From Coleofasciculus sp. B1-GNL1-01 (GTDB lineage: Bacteria > Cyanobacteriota > Cyanobacteriia > Cyanobacteriales > Coleofasciculaceae), in assembly GCA_040220235.1 (NCBI GenBank), contig JAVJTO010000102.1: DNA of 64,000 nt. One strand, written 5' to 3'. Shown piece by piece: positions 12,307 through 23,653 of the stretch. Made by a program: the position numbers and the translations under genes. Numbering within the stretch: the first letter of the stretch is position 1; each line of letters begins with the position of its first letter. The notes under the pieces were generated by a model. It searched no databases, was not told the DNA's origin, and worked only from the letters and a program-made list of their open reading frames with translations.

Positions 12307-12933
12307 TTACAGGGGAATCAGTTCTGGAAAATTCACCAATAGCTGTTCATCAGTCAATTCATCACCAAACTGAGCCGGAGAAAAGTGAACTTGGATCGCT
12401 CGCAAGTATCCCTGATAATGGAGATTAATTAACGCTTTGAGACCCTCTTCTAGTGCCTCTATATCTGCCAGATTAGTTTCCATTTCCGGCACTTCCCCTT
12501 CAAACGCCACAGTAATCATCACAATTAAATTACGAGTGACGGGTAACGATAGCGATTCATCCTCTGAAGCATATCCATTGAAATCAGGCTCACTCAAATA
12601 CCGTTGAGCCGAATCAGTAAATAACTCACTCACATAATCCCCTGCTTCCCCTTCATCCCAAAACACATCCCCTTCATTCGCCGCCGATTGCCAATAGGTA
12701 TTGTACTGTAAGAGGTTCTGGCAAATATCCACCAGTCCTTCACCGAGAACAGTTAAGTCTCCGTCGGATTCAACCGCATCTCGCGCCGCCCGATTCAGCA
12801 CTCCCAATAACGGTGCGACTTCTGTACCGCTTAAATGAACAAACAACCGACAGACAACCAGTCGGGTTTTACCACTCAGTTTATTGAAGCGATCGCGCCA
12901 CGAACTCATAGACTGCTCCTCTGCTGGCTCCAA
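12307..12933 (-). CDS. DUF1517-like conserved cyanobacterial protein
   Basis: C-terminal QVHFSPAQFGDELTDEQLLVNFPELIPL resembles the DUF1517 end; true start may be the ATG at 12909 (MSSWRDR). Confidence 0.7.
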   Translation of the reverse strand: MEPAEEQSMSSWRDRFNKLSGKTRLVVCRLFVHLSGTEVAPLLGVLNRAARDAVESDGDLTVLGEGLVDICQNLLQYNTYWQSAANEGDVFWDEGEAGDYVSELFTDSAQRYLSEPDFNGYASEDESLSLPVTRNLIVMITVAFEGEVPEMETNLADIEALEEGLKALINLHYQGYLRAIQVHFSPAQFGDELTDEQLLVNFPELIPL

Positions 12934-13035
12934 ACGAAATAATATGTCACTTATGCCGATTAAAATCGTAACATAAAGTTACCCACTCTCCTGTTTATAA
13001 CGTATTATTTATAAAGTCTCTTTTGTTTTAACGCC

Positions 13036-13491
13036 ATGACACCCAGTTTACTTTTTACCATCGCGAATCTGTTCGTTTTACCCTTCTGGTTACTCATGAT
13101 TCTGCTACCGAACTGGGGGATAAGTCGAAAAGTGATGGAATCTTATTTACCATTTGTCGCCTTAGCCGGGTTATACATTTACTTCTTCGCCAACAGTATT
13201 ACACCGGAATCGGCTCAAGCCTTATCCAATCCTCAACTCGCTGATATTGCCCGCTTCTTTGGAGATGAAATCATCGCCGCCGCTGGATGGACTCATTTTT
13301 TGGTCTTGGATTTGTTTGTAGGGCGATGGATTTATTGGGAAGGACAACGGACTGGGGTGTGGACAATTCACTCCCTGGTTCTCTGTTTATTTGCTGGACC
13401 GATTGGATTATTATCTCACATTTTGACAGTTTGGATTACCCAGAAATTCTCGGCAAGTTCACCAACAGAATCAACAACTGCATCAACATAG
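13036..13491 (+). CDS. ABA4-like (DUF4281) membrane protein
   Basis: LPFWLLMILLPNW, GWTHFLVLDLFVGRWIY and LCLFAGPIGLLSH motifs; hydrophobic helices. Confidence 0.85.
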   Translation: MTPSLLFTIANLFVLPFWLLMILLPNWGISRKVMESYLPFVALAGLYIYFFANSITPESAQALSNPQLADIARFFGDEIIAAAGWTHFLVLDLFVGRWIYWEGQRTGVWTIHSLVLCLFAGPIGLLSHILTVWITQKFSASSPTESTTAST

Positions 13492-13568
13492 ATCGGGCTT
13501 TCCACGGGAAGTCTAGGGTGGAATCCTAAAACAGTAGAGAACTTCTTGGGAAACATCTCTAAGTTAAA

Positions 13569-16500
13569 TTACTCTGGAGTACCAATACCATCACAGAGGG
13601 TGCGATCGCTCTCTGGTACTTTGGAGTTATTCTTGAGATAATCTCTTGCCCAATCACAACCTTGCTCTAACAGCTCATCTAAACTCGGACTCAAAACCAA
13701 CATACCATCATTGCCGGAAACGGTAATAGACTGGGGGCTAGGGCTAAAACTCACATCCGAAAATTCAGTCATGTTGTAAAGTTCAGTTAGTTTTAACCAC
13801 ATCCCGTTAAGAATATATAGCTGCGCCTTACCCATCTGACTGCCACCTAGGGCTAACATTTTACCGTCTTTGCTAAAATTTAGAGCATCAATATTACTTA
13901 TACTATCGTCTGGTTTCAATAAATCTATCGATTTGTCTGTACTGCTTCTCCACAGCCTGACAGCACCATTTTCGTTGGCATAAGCAAGGGTTTTACCATT
14001 GGGGCTGAACCTGACACTTGTCATTTGTTCATTATGTTGATCAATGTCTTTGAATATGCTCCCGTCAATATTCCATATTTTCACCGTTTTATCATCACTA
14101 GCAGAGGCAATTGTATTCCCATCTTTACTAAAGCTTACACTGTTGACTTTACCCTCATGCTTACCAATAGTTTGTGGAGAACTTGCATCTCCGTCAAGGT
14201 TCCAAAGTTTCACCGTTTTATCATCACTAGCAGAAGCGATTTTCTTTCCATCATCACTGAAGCTTATACTGTTGATCCAGCTTGAGTGACCTTTGAGGGT
14301 TGATTGTAAATTACGGTTTATGTCCCAGAGATTGATATTATGCTCTTGACGAGCAAGAGCAACTGTTTCACTATCTTCACTGAAACTAATAAGATTCAAA
14401 TCAATGATCCCATTGTCGAGCTTTATTAAGCTGTTATCACTCTGTCCGAAGAGAGTTTTGATATGTTCGCCATCACGACGCCAAAATCGTACTGTGTATT
14501 TAGATTTAACTTTTTTACTAGACCAACTTCTAGTACCACTAACAGAGGTAATCATCTTGCCGTTATTACTGAAACTAACCCGGTGAAATAACAAACCATC
14601 TGTGTTACCCTCATCACTTGGAACTGTCAACGTATTTATATTAGTGCCGTAACTGCTATTCCATATTTTTACTGTTTTGTCTTTACTAGCTGAGGCAATA
14701 ATTTCACTATCTGGGCTAAAACTGACGCTATAAACAACATCACTATGTCCTCGGAGGGTTTTGATTTGACTACCGTTTTTGCCATTCCAAAGCCTTACTG
14801 TATTGTCCTCACTTGCTGTTGCAATTTTCTCGCCATTACGGCTAAATTTTAAATCATAAATTGAAGCGTTATGCCCTTTAATAGTCCCCAACAAATCCCC
14901 TTTAATATTCCATAATTTAACTGTGTTGTCAGCATTGATAGACGCAAAAATATTACCGTTAGGACTAAATATCAAGCTTCCAATGCCATAATTAGCAATA
15001 GTTTTAATCTCAGAACCATTGTAGCTGTGCCAAAGCTTAATTTCGCTATTTGCTGGTCTATTTCCACCATCACTTACAGAAGCTATAATCTTACCATTTG
15101 GACTAAACTTAACACTTGTGACTCTATCGGTATGTCCAATTAAGGTTTTAATAACTTTGCTGTTCTGACGCCAAATATGAATGAGGTTATCCTCACCAAG
15201 TGAGGCAACAAACTGACCATCAGGACTAAAAATTACGCTTCTCCCTGGAAGAGTGATAATAGGTTTACCATCTCTATGCCAAAGTTGTACTACATCATTG
15301 GCTTCAATAGTAGCAATAACCTTACCATTTGGACTAAATTTGACACTTTCAATGTTAGCTCTGTGTCCAGACAATGTTTGGATAAGGATACCCTCACGAT
15401 TCCAAATCTGTACTGTATTATTTCCACTGACGGTAGCAATTCGCTGGCTATCAGGACTGATCTCAATATATTTAATATTAAAAATAGATTTTGGTAAACG
15501 CATTTTCTGGCCTTCAATAGCCCAAATTGTGACAATATCGTCAGCACTGGCAGTTGCTAGAGTCTGTCCAGTAGGACTAAAACTTAAAATCGAACTATCT
15601 GCTTGGATTATTTTAGGAGAATTACTATTTTTTTGCCATAGCTGCACTGTATTGTCAGCACGACCTTTTGCAACAGCTATACCATTCCTACTATGTGCTA
15701 ATTTGATGGTGCGACTATTCTCAGTATTAGATCCGTTTGAAGTTTTTTCAAAACGCCAAATTTTGATAGTATTATCTTGACTGGCTGATGCTAACAATTT
15801 CCCATTCGGACTCAGACTCAGAGAAGTAATAGCATCGTTGTGATTTAATTCCTCTATATAATAACAACCTATAGAGTCTTTTTTTGCCAAAACAACTCTA
15901 TCTTTATAGTAAATATTGTCTAGACTATATGCCGCCAAATTGCTATAATAATTGACACTGATATTACTTATTTTTTCTGTATCACAACTATTGGTACTCT
16001 TTACCAAAAAATTTTCATTTATGCCATTGAAAATATTAATATGCCATTGTTTTGTTGAACCATCTTTATTGACTATATCAATAGTACTTTTATCAGAGTT
16101 AAATTGCATACTCATAGCACCATAGTTATCGATTTCGCCTATAAGTTTGCCATTAATATTCCAAAATTTAACTGTGTCATATTGACTACCCATAGCCAAG
16201 ATAGTGCTGTCAGGAATAAAACGCAATGTTGTTACATCACCAATCTCAATAATTGCTTTTGGTTTTCCATCACGGTTCCAAATTTTTACAGTTTTATCTC
16301 CACCAGCCGTGGCTAACAGTTTGCCGTTGGGACTAAACGCAACAGTTGTAACACCATCTTGATGAGCGTTCCAATCCTTGATTAGGTTGCCATTTATATC
16401 CCAGAGTTTTACCATTCCGTCTTGACTAACAGAAGCTAACCGTTTGCCATTGGGACTAAACATTGTGCTATTAACAGCATTCGTGTGTCCTTTCAAAATT

Positions 16501-19500
16501 CCAATGGAACTACCATCAAGATTCCAGAGTCTTACTGTTTTATCCTCACTGGCTGTAGCGATTATGTCGCCTTTAGGACTAAAGCTAATATGCGTAACAG
16601 TCCCTTCGTGTCCTTCTAGTCGATTACTTTCTGTTACTCCATTTAGCGCCTGATTCAGTTCTGCCAAAACTCTGAGTCTTGTACCTGGTATTGTTGCCAT
16701 GGATAACAAGGGTTGTTTTAGCATCTTCCCTGCTTTTAGCGCAGATACAACTCGATCAAGTTCTTCTTTCTGAGTTGAGACAGACGTAAGATTTGTCAAG
16801 TACAGATTGATACCAACAACTGTAGCGGTTAGGGCAACTCCCCCAATTACTGCTAGGAGTCCAGCTAGAGTTAAAGTTGCTCGGCGTGCTGCTCGAAGTT
16901 GCTGTTTGAGAACCTGATTTAGCTTGGCTTCAGTTAACTTTCTTTGTTCTCTTTCTTTCTCCAATTCGGCAACTAATCGCGCTGATTGTTGCTGACGAAC
17001 AAATGGGACTAAATAATCATGAACCAGTTGATAGCGGTCAGCCGGAGAAGCGGGTACTCTCAACACTAATCCTGATTTCACCAAGACATCTAACACTAGG
17101 GTCAGGGTTTCTAGTTTAACGTCAAGCTCTAATTCTAAATCAGCACGGGTTTTCAGGGGACGAGTATTATTCTCATCGGTTAATAAATATAATACTAATT
17201 TGGCAATCTGCTCGTTTTCAGAACCACAATCTTTAACCACTTCTTCTAAAAATCGTCCCACCAGTACTTCCTTGGGACCCTTTTCACGATACTGTTTTAG
17301 AGTGGTAATTTTCTCGGTTTGTAACTGCGATCCCACAACCTGTAACTCGATGGGACGGACTTCTCCTAAATGTCCCGCTAAATCACTCACCAATTCATCG
17401 ATCAGGGCTTCCTCTAAGAAAAACTGACTTTGAGCGGTTAAACTTTGAATTACTGATTTAGTATCTGCTGGAGAAAAATTGCCCAAGTAGTAAATAATTA
17501 ACTTATCGAGAATATTATTGTTGATCACTTCCAACATTGTCAGTCGATTAAACTCTAACAAGTAATGGAGATAGTCCTCACGCAACGATAAAATAACCTT
17601 GACATAAGGAATATCTAAACAGTCTCGCAGAAATTCATAAAACGGCAACCGTTGCTGAGTGTCTTTATAGATAAAGAAAAACTCTTCAAATTGATCAAAG
17701 ATTAAAACCGTTAGTAGATTTCGATCAGCATTCTTGTTCAATTCTTCAATCACGGCTGTTGTATCTAGCGGTTCGGTCAAACGAATAGCTTTAACCGCTT
17801 TAAGAGATTCAGCCAAACATTGACCCAATTCCTGACGCCAATCAGTATAGACTTGGAGCAAAACAGGTAAAATATCGCGAATACCGATCGCTTCCCCTTG
17901 TAACACAGGAATTAAGCCAGCTTGGACAATTGAGCTTTTGCCCACCCCAGATTGCCCATAAATAACCGTCAGTTTGTGATCAATGCGTCCGAGGCGTTCC
18001 AATAAACGTTGGACATCTTGTTGTCTCCCAGAGGCGGCTATTTCTTGAGTGATTGTTTCTTTCGTTTCACCAGGTAGCAAACTTGAACTGATGGCTTCTT
18101 GTTTGGGTTGTAACCGACCTGCACCAATAAAGGCTCGAAAGCCATAGCGTTGTTCAATTTCCCGCTGTTTTTGCTTAATTTCAAAAGCCTTTAAATACTG
18201 ACCGTGCTGGAAGTAAGTGTCTCGTAATGCTTGTAAAATTTGAATATACAGTTCCGGTTCATAGTGAGGTTGGGTTTGTTTCCTAGCAGTTTCAAGCTGG
18301 TCGATCGCCTCAGCATTTTGACCTAAACCTCGTTGCGCTCTCGCTAAGGCGAAATGATACCACCCTTGATCATAAAAACGCACCCAGTCTACATCTCCTG
18401 TAGAGGGGGAATCGGAACTCGATTCCAGATAGGATTGGACTAAGGTGAGAGCGTTTTGAGCCAAGGTTTGCGCCTCACTCCAATCAGATTTAGCCAAGGC
18501 GACTTCCGCCAAAAAGCCATACACCCGCGCTAGTCTAAAGGGTTCAGAGTGAGTTTGATGCAGTTCCAACGCCTTTTCAGCTAAGGCAGCTAACTCATCC
18601 CACTGTTTTAACCGTTGGAGAATTTCGCCTACAGCATTAATAAATTTAGTCACTAATTCTGGCTGTTGACATTGCTCAAATACTGCCACACATTGTTGAA
18701 AATACCCCTTAGCGCGATCGCACGCCATTTCATACTCAGCCCGATGTCTAACTGCATAGGTGCGCCAACCGATTCCTAGGCTGTACAGAACGCATCCGAG
18801 ACGCTGGTTAATGTATTGATTTCGAGAGGAGACGTCGGGGGAAACCGTGGTCTGTTTTTCTGACTCTGGATCATCTAAATCCCCCGGCAAACAGTGCTGC
18901 CACAGTGCTAAACTTTGCTCATAGTGTTGCTGTGACTCGTCAGACACACCATCGGCTATTCGACCTAAAATAAATTGCCAACTAGCTTCTAGTTCTGGGG
19001 TGAATGTGATTCCCTGATGTTGTAGTTCTTGGTAGGCAGATTTAAGTTCAGCACGAAGGGGAGATCCTTTCCCTAAATTTAGCGCCACATTACTTAAGAA
19101 TTTACCTGCACCTGTCTCTAAGACTTGGCTAAAAATCTGATCCGCCGTTTGCTGAATTAACTGAATTAACTGTTCTGGACTACTGGAAAAACGAATGGTT
19201 TTTGTCCAACTTTCCAAATCTGGCGCTAACTGCATCAACTGACGCAAAACGTCATCAGTCACCCACCATACAATCGGAAACGAGAACTGTTTGCGAAACT
19301 CTTCTCGCACCTGGTTAGCCGCCGTGAGTACAGAACCTAAATTGGGTAAAGCTTCCAAGCCAAATACCATTAAAGCCGATGGCTGTTCATCCCCCAATTG
19401 AGCTTTAAGGGTGGCAAATAATCGCTTCACTGATTGATCTAAAACCACTTCCCGCCATTCAACCGGGGAACTGTCTCGCAACTGCTGCACTATCTGCGAT

Positions 19501-19622
19501 CGCACGGTGGTAGAGTTACACCGTGCCAAAATTAGGGAAAATTTGCCTTGAGAGGCTCGAATTGCCCAAACTAAAGCCGCTAAGGAATTGGCGTTATTCT
19601 GGTTTACCTCATGTTCACTCAT
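13569..19622 (-). CDS. Large TPR - STAND NTPase - WD40 repeat protein (2017 aa)
   Basis: TPR-like helices; Walker A GQSGVGKSS; LIFDQFEEFF; SLREDY; YQLVHDYL; one hydrophobic segment; roughly 20 WD40-like repeats (GH...FSP.G...WN). Confidence 0.88.
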   Translation of the reverse strand: MSEHEVNQNNANSLAALVWAIRASQGKFSLILARCNSTTVRSQIVQQLRDSSPVEWREVVLDQSVKRLFATLKAQLGDEQPSALMVFGLEALPNLGSVLTAANQVREEFRKQFSFPIVWWVTDDVLRQLMQLAPDLESWTKTIRFSSSPEQLIQLIQQTADQIFSQVLETGAGKFLSNVALNLGKGSPLRAELKSAYQELQHQGITFTPELEASWQFILGRIADGVSDESQQHYEQSLALWQHCLPGDLDDPESEKQTTVSPDVSSRNQYINQRLGCVLYSLGIGWRTYAVRHRAEYEMACDRAKGYFQQCVAVFEQCQQPELVTKFINAVGEILQRLKQWDELAALAEKALELHQTHSEPFRLARVYGFLAEVALAKSDWSEAQTLAQNALTLVQSYLESSSDSPSTGDVDWVRFYDQGWYHFALARAQRGLGQNAEAIDQLETARKQTQPHYEPELYIQILQALRDTYFQHGQYLKAFEIKQKQREIEQRYGFRAFIGAGRLQPKQEAISSSLLPGETKETITQEIAASGRQQDVQRLLERLGRIDHKLTVIYGQSGVGKSSIVQAGLIPVLQGEAIGIRDILPVLLQVYTDWRQELGQCLAESLKAVKAIRLTEPLDTTAVIEELNKNADRNLLTVLIFDQFEEFFFIYKDTQQRLPFYEFLRDCLDIPYVKVILSLREDYLHYLLEFNRLTMLEVINNNILDKLIIYYLGNFSPADTKSVIQSLTAQSQFFLEEALIDELVSDLAGHLGEVRPIELQVVGSQLQTEKITTLKQYREKGPKEVLVGRFLEEVVKDCGSENEQIAKLVLYLLTDENNTRPLKTRADLELELDVKLETLTLVLDVLVKSGLVLRVPASPADRYQLVHDYLVPFVRQQQSARLVAELEKEREQRKLTEAKLNQVLKQQLRAARRATLTLAGLLAVIGGVALTATVVGINLYLTNLTSVSTQKEELDRVVSALKAGKMLKQPLLSMATIPGTRLRVLAELNQALNGVTESNRLEGHEGTVTHISFSPKGDIIATASEDKTVRLWNLDGSSIGILKGHTNAVNSTMFSPNGKRLASVSQDGMVKLWDINGNLIKDWNAHQDGVTTVAFSPNGKLLATAGGDKTVKIWNRDGKPKAIIEIGDVTTLRFIPDSTILAMGSQYDTVKFWNINGKLIGEIDNYGAMSMQFNSDKSTIDIVNKDGSTKQWHINIFNGINENFLVKSTNSCDTEKISNISVNYYSNLAAYSLDNIYYKDRVVLAKKDSIGCYYIEELNHNDAITSLSLSPNGKLLASASQDNTIKIWRFEKTSNGSNTENSRTIKLAHSRNGIAVAKGRADNTVQLWQKNSNSPKIIQADSSILSFSPTGQTLATASADDIVTIWAIEGQKMRLPKSIFNIKYIEISPDSQRIATVSGNNTVQIWNREGILIQTLSGHRANIESVKFSPNGKVIATIEANDVVQLWHRDGKPIITLPGRSVIFSPDGQFVASLGEDNLIHIWRQNSKVIKTLIGHTDRVTSVKFSPNGKIIASVSDGGNRPANSEIKLWHSYNGSEIKTIANYGIGSLIFSPNGNIFASINADNTVKLWNIKGDLLGTIKGHNASIYDLKFSRNGEKIATASEDNTVRLWNGKNGSQIKTLRGHSDVVYSVSFSPDSEIIASASKDKTVKIWNSSYGTNINTLTVPSDEGNTDGLLFHRVSFSNNGKMITSVSGTRSWSSKKVKSKYTVRFWRRDGEHIKTLFGQSDNSLIKLDNGIIDLNLISFSEDSETVALARQEHNINLWDINRNLQSTLKGHSSWINSISFSDDGKKIASASDDKTVKLWNLDGDASSPQTIGKHEGKVNSVSFSKDGNTIASASDDKTVKIWNIDGSIFKDIDQHNEQMTSVRFSPNGKTLAYANENGAVRLWRSSTDKSIDLLKPDDSISNIDALNFSKDGKMLALGGSQMGKAQLYILNGMWLKLTELYNMTEFSDVSFSPSPQSITVSGNDGMLVLSPSLDELLEQGCDWARDYLKNNSKVPESDRTLCDGIGTPE

Positions 19623-21046
19623 CCCTGAAACTCCGGCGCTTGCAATAAAATTGGATTAATATCAAACCAAGACCCTTGCTGATCTCGATATTCATAGACA
19701 AAGCGACTACGGATCAGGAGTTGGTAGCCCTCATCCCCACTCACTTGTTTGCGCTGTTGCACTTGACGCAGCAGGTTCCACTCCCGATCATCAATCGCTA
19801 ATTTCATCTGATTGCGACGACTTCTAATCGCATTTTCTAAGCCTTCACGGGAGAGGGGAATTTGTCGTTCTTGTTCAATCCACTCATTCAGCAGTCTCAG
19901 CAATTCCCGCACATGACCCCCACTGACATAGCATAATCGATCTAAGGTTTCGGGTTGGTCAAAAATCTTGGAAATTAAGGTTAATCGCTGCTGAGTTTCA
20001 ACCTCTGGAAATGCCCTTACCAGAACCATTTGCCGTAATAGCATCATCCCTTGTTCACAGACACCGCCATCGCGCGATCGCACTGGAACCATAGGTAATA
20101 CTTTCGGATCAACCCCAAATCGTTCGGTTAATCTACCATAGTCATTGGAGAAAATTAAGCCTAAGGGTATGGTATAAACAACGTGGCAATTCAGTTGGCG
20201 TAACTGTTCGGCTCGATCCACAAACAAGTATTCCGGTTGAGTTCGTCCCCAGGGTTTTTTCACTGTCTCAACCCGATCCAAATTATCTACAAGCACCACA
20301 AGACCTTTTTTTCCCTGTTGTTTTAGGCTGTCTTGGGCGGGTATCAGTAGTTCTTGATTAATCGCGTCAATAATTCCCTTGGTGCGCGGTTCTAGATATT
20401 CCCGTAACTTATTCCGCAAGTCTGGACTATCTTTGGCTTTCGCTGTGATTTTACCAATCCCCAGTGCTACCAGGGACACGCCTTCTTTGTCACTCGCCGT
20501 GACTTGACCAATCCCTGGAATCCCCACATCTGCCGAAAACTCTCCCTCGGTGTTCGCCTCAATTTTGCCAATACCGGGAACCGAGGCTTGAGCCGACAGT
20601 TCCAGTTCTGTCTGCAACAGCTTCGCCGCACCTCGGAGAATCGCCTTCAATCCCTTCGGTTCAGCAATTTCTATCCGATTGAGACTCTCACTCACCCGAC
20701 GTGCGATCGCTAGGAGAATATCGGTAACATCCACATCCCCCATTTCCAGATACTGACTCGACTCAAAATACACCAGATGGTAACCCGCCTGTTCTAATTC
20801 GGCTTTGAGTCCCAACAACTCCGTAGACTTCCCGCAGCCAATATGTCCGGTAAATAGCTGACACGTCGGCTTTCCCCGGGAGAAAAACGTAATTTTATCC
20901 CTTAAGTCCTTAATAATATTGCTGCCTCTGACGGGAGAAAAGTCAATGTAGTATTGCTTCTCCTCTGGATTCTCCACCGCCAACGGTTTGGTCGGATCAA
21001 GTAATTCATAGAATTGCAACAAATCCAGTGTCATGCCCAGAGCCAC
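19619..21046 (-). CDS. P-loop ATPase translationally coupled to the STAND-WD40 gene
   Basis: Walker A GHIGCGKSTEL, Walker B-like VLVDNLDR, SGGHVRELL; 4-bp ATGA overlap with the next gene. Confidence 0.85.
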   Translation of the reverse strand: MALGMTLDLLQFYELLDPTKPLAVENPEEKQYYIDFSPVRGSNIIKDLRDKITFFSRGKPTCQLFTGHIGCGKSTELLGLKAELEQAGYHLVYFESSQYLEMGDVDVTDILLAIARRVSESLNRIEIAEPKGLKAILRGAAKLLQTELELSAQASVPGIGKIEANTEGEFSADVGIPGIGQVTASDKEGVSLVALGIGKITAKAKDSPDLRNKLREYLEPRTKGIIDAINQELLIPAQDSLKQQGKKGLVVLVDNLDRVETVKKPWGRTQPEYLFVDRAEQLRQLNCHVVYTIPLGLIFSNDYGRLTERFGVDPKVLPMVPVRSRDGGVCEQGMMLLRQMVLVRAFPEVETQQRLTLISKIFDQPETLDRLCYVSGGHVRELLRLLNEWIEQERQIPLSREGLENAIRSRRNQMKLAIDDREWNLLRQVQQRKQVSGDEGYQLLIRSRFVYEYRDQQGSWFDINPILLQAPEFQG

Positions 21047-21214
21047 TCAATTTCCGTTCGAGAACTAATTGAACCATAACTGTTCTCACACCAGACTAGG
21101 GCGAATTTTTAACTTTTCTTTACCTAGCGACAAAGCATAGCATAGCATGGCGCTGTTCATTATTAGGCTAGCCCATCCAGTTTTAAGGCGGAAATAAAAT
21201 TAAGTTTGTTGTTG

Positions 21215-21365
21215 CGCTGTCTTCACTAAAGTTAGTATTCCGAAAGTCGGCTCCCTGAGCATTTACATTTTCGAGGATAACTGCTTCCAGAGTAGCACCA
21301 TTCAAGTTAGCGTTTTTCAGGATAGCTCCTGTCAAGTCAGTTGCTTTAAGGTTGGCTGTTGTATT
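21215..21365 (-). pseudogene. Pentapeptide-repeat gene fragment
   Basis: ANLKA TDLTG AILKN ANLNG ATLEA ... ADFRN; the apparent ORF start (MSFVICHSSFV) is just translated STRR heptamer repeat at ~21386-21420. Confidence 0.6.
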
Positions 21366-21514
21366 AACAAACCTCAAATCCTTACAAATGACGAATGACG
21401 AATGACAAATGACAAATGACAATCCCCACCTACTTACCCCTGAGTAGCTTCTAACACGCCAGATTCGTTACAGTGTCTCTAAGACAATCACAGCAATTGA
21501 ATCCGTAAACTACA

Positions 21515-23416
21515 ATGGCAATGGCAACGACTTCTCCAGTATCCCAAGCACTACCTCCCTTAATTCCCCGCGAAACTCTATTCGGAAACCCCGATCGCAC
21601 CCGCCCCCAGCTATCGCCCGATGGTAAGTATTTGGCTTATATCGCCCCGGATGAGAAAAATGTGTTGCAAGTCTGGTTGCGAACCGTAGGAGAAGATGAT
21701 GATCAGCAGCTAACGGCGGATCAAAAGCGGGGGATTCGCCTTTATGTCTGGACATACAATCCTAACCAGCTTATTTATCTGCAAGACTCAGACGGCGACG
21801 AAAACTTTCACCTCTACTTGGTGAATGTCCAATCCAAGTTAGTGCGCGATTTAACCCCCTTCCAAGGCGTGAAAGCCCAACCGATTGACCTTGATCCAGA
21901 GTTTCCGGATCAAGTCTTGGTGGGAATGAATCTCAACGATCGCCAAAAATTTGATGTGTATCGGGTTAATCTAAATAATGGGGCAGTGGAGTTTGAGACC
22001 GATAACCCTGGTAATATCGTCAGTTGGGTGGCTGATGCTCAATTCCAGATTCGGGGGGCGATCGCAGCCACGCCAGATGGGGGTTCCGATCTGTTATTTC
22101 GCCAGACGCCTGATAAATCTTGGGAATTATTACGCCACTGGGGACCCGATGATGAAGGATCAGCCGTAACCTTTTCTCAGGATGGCAAAACCCTATATAT
22201 TAGTGGATCGCACGATGCCAATGCCCAACGGTTAATTGCTTTAGATTTAGCCTCCCGCCAAGAAACCGTTATGGCGGCTGATGAGCAGTATGATATCGGT
22301 GGTGTGGTCATTCATCCAACTCAGCGCCGGATTCAGGCGGTGTCCTTTTATAAGGATAAAGTGGAATGGCAAATTCTCGATGACAGTATTGCTGATGATT
22401 TTAATGCGATCGCGCAAATCCGAGACGGTGAATTTGCCATCACCAATCGCACGTTAGCGGATGATACCTGGTTGGTTGGCTACGCCACGGATGATGGTCC
22501 GGTTTATTACTATGTGTATAACCGTGAGGCTAAAACCCACTCCTTGTTATTTAGCAATCAACCCGAATTGGAAACGTTGCAACTCGCATCAATGCAACCC
22601 ATTTCTTACCAAGCACGGGATGGTTTAACGATTCACGGCTATCTCACCACGCCTGTTGGAATTGAGGCAAAAAATTTACCCACGGTGCTTTTAGTTCACG
22701 GTGGACCTTGGGCGCGAGATACGTGGGGGTATAGTCCAACAGTACAATGGTTGGCTAACCGAGGTTATGCCGTGCTGCAAGTCAATTTCCGAGGATCTAC
22801 AGGTTACGGGAAAGCGTTCCTAAATGCCGGAAATCGTGAATGGGCGGCAAAGATGCATGATGATTTAATTGATGCCGTCAATTGGATTGTAGACCAAGGG
22901 ATTGCGGATCGGAATAAGGTGGCAATTATGGGCGGATCGTATGGTGGATATGCCACATTAGTCGGATTAGCGTTTACCCCAGAAGTATTTGCGGCGGGTG
23001 TGGATATTGTTGGTCCGAGTAACTTAGTGACGTTGATGCAAAGTATTCCTCCCTACTGGGCACCCATGAAAGCCGTATTTGCCCATCGATTGGGCGATTT
23101 GGATACAGAGGAGGAGTTTCTCAAAGCGCGATCGCCTTTGTTTTTTATTGACCGGATTCAGAAGCCATTATTGATTGGTCAAGGGGCAAATGATCCACGG
23201 GTAAAACAAGCCGAAAGTGAACAAATTGTTGAAGCGATGCGAAAGGCAGATAAACCCGTTGAATACGCCCTTTACACAGACGAAGGACATGGATTTGCTC
23301 GTCCAGCGAATCGGCTTCACTTTTTCGCGATCGCCGAAGAGTTTCTCAGTAAATATTTAGAGGGACGCTTTGAACCGATTGGTGAAATCAAGGGTCATTC
23401 GGGGGTGGTGAGTTAA
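21515..23416 (+). CDS. S9 family (prolyl oligopeptidase/acylaminoacyl) peptidase
   Basis: VHGGPW, nucleophile GGSYGG, GANDPRV (Asp) and DEGHG (His). Confidence 0.93.
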   Translation: MAMATTSPVSQALPPLIPRETLFGNPDRTRPQLSPDGKYLAYIAPDEKNVLQVWLRTVGEDDDQQLTADQKRGIRLYVWTYNPNQLIYLQDSDGDENFHLYLVNVQSKLVRDLTPFQGVKAQPIDLDPEFPDQVLVGMNLNDRQKFDVYRVNLNNGAVEFETDNPGNIVSWVADAQFQIRGAIAATPDGGSDLLFRQTPDKSWELLRHWGPDDEGSAVTFSQDGKTLYISGSHDANAQRLIALDLASRQETVMAADEQYDIGGVVIHPTQRRIQAVSFYKDKVEWQILDDSIADDFNAIAQIRDGEFAITNRTLADDTWLVGYATDDGPVYYYVYNREAKTHSLLFSNQPELETLQLASMQPISYQARDGLTIHGYLTTPVGIEAKNLPTVLLVHGGPWARDTWGYSPTVQWLANRGYAVLQVNFRGSTGYGKAFLNAGNREWAAKMHDDLIDAVNWIVDQGIADRNKVAIMGGSYGGYATLVGLAFTPEVFAAGVDIVGPSNLVTLMQSIPPYWAPMKAVFAHRLGDLDTEEEFLKARSPLFFIDRIQKPLLIGQGANDPRVKQAESEQIVEAMRKADKPVEYALYTDEGHGFARPANRLHFFAIAEEFLSKYLEGRFEPIGEIKGHSGVVS

Positions 23417-23653
23417 ATTGAAATGTAGGGGCGCAAGGTTTGCGCCCTTTTCCGTATAATTGGTTACGAAATTATGTTGTTTTAACGCAGAGGAGCGCAG
23501 AGGTTTACGCAGAGGGCGCAGAGGAAGTTGGTTGATGTGAATGAACATTTTATAGAATTGGATAAATAACTGGAAACGATATCAGTAGTCAAATTACCCA
23601 TTAAATACGCCATTTTATGACAGACGTGCCATGGTACGTCTCTACAAAATCAG

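Noticed and set aside
12968..12982. NtcA site GTAACATAAAGTTAC
   Set aside because: Spacing is GTA-N9-TAC, not the canonical N8.
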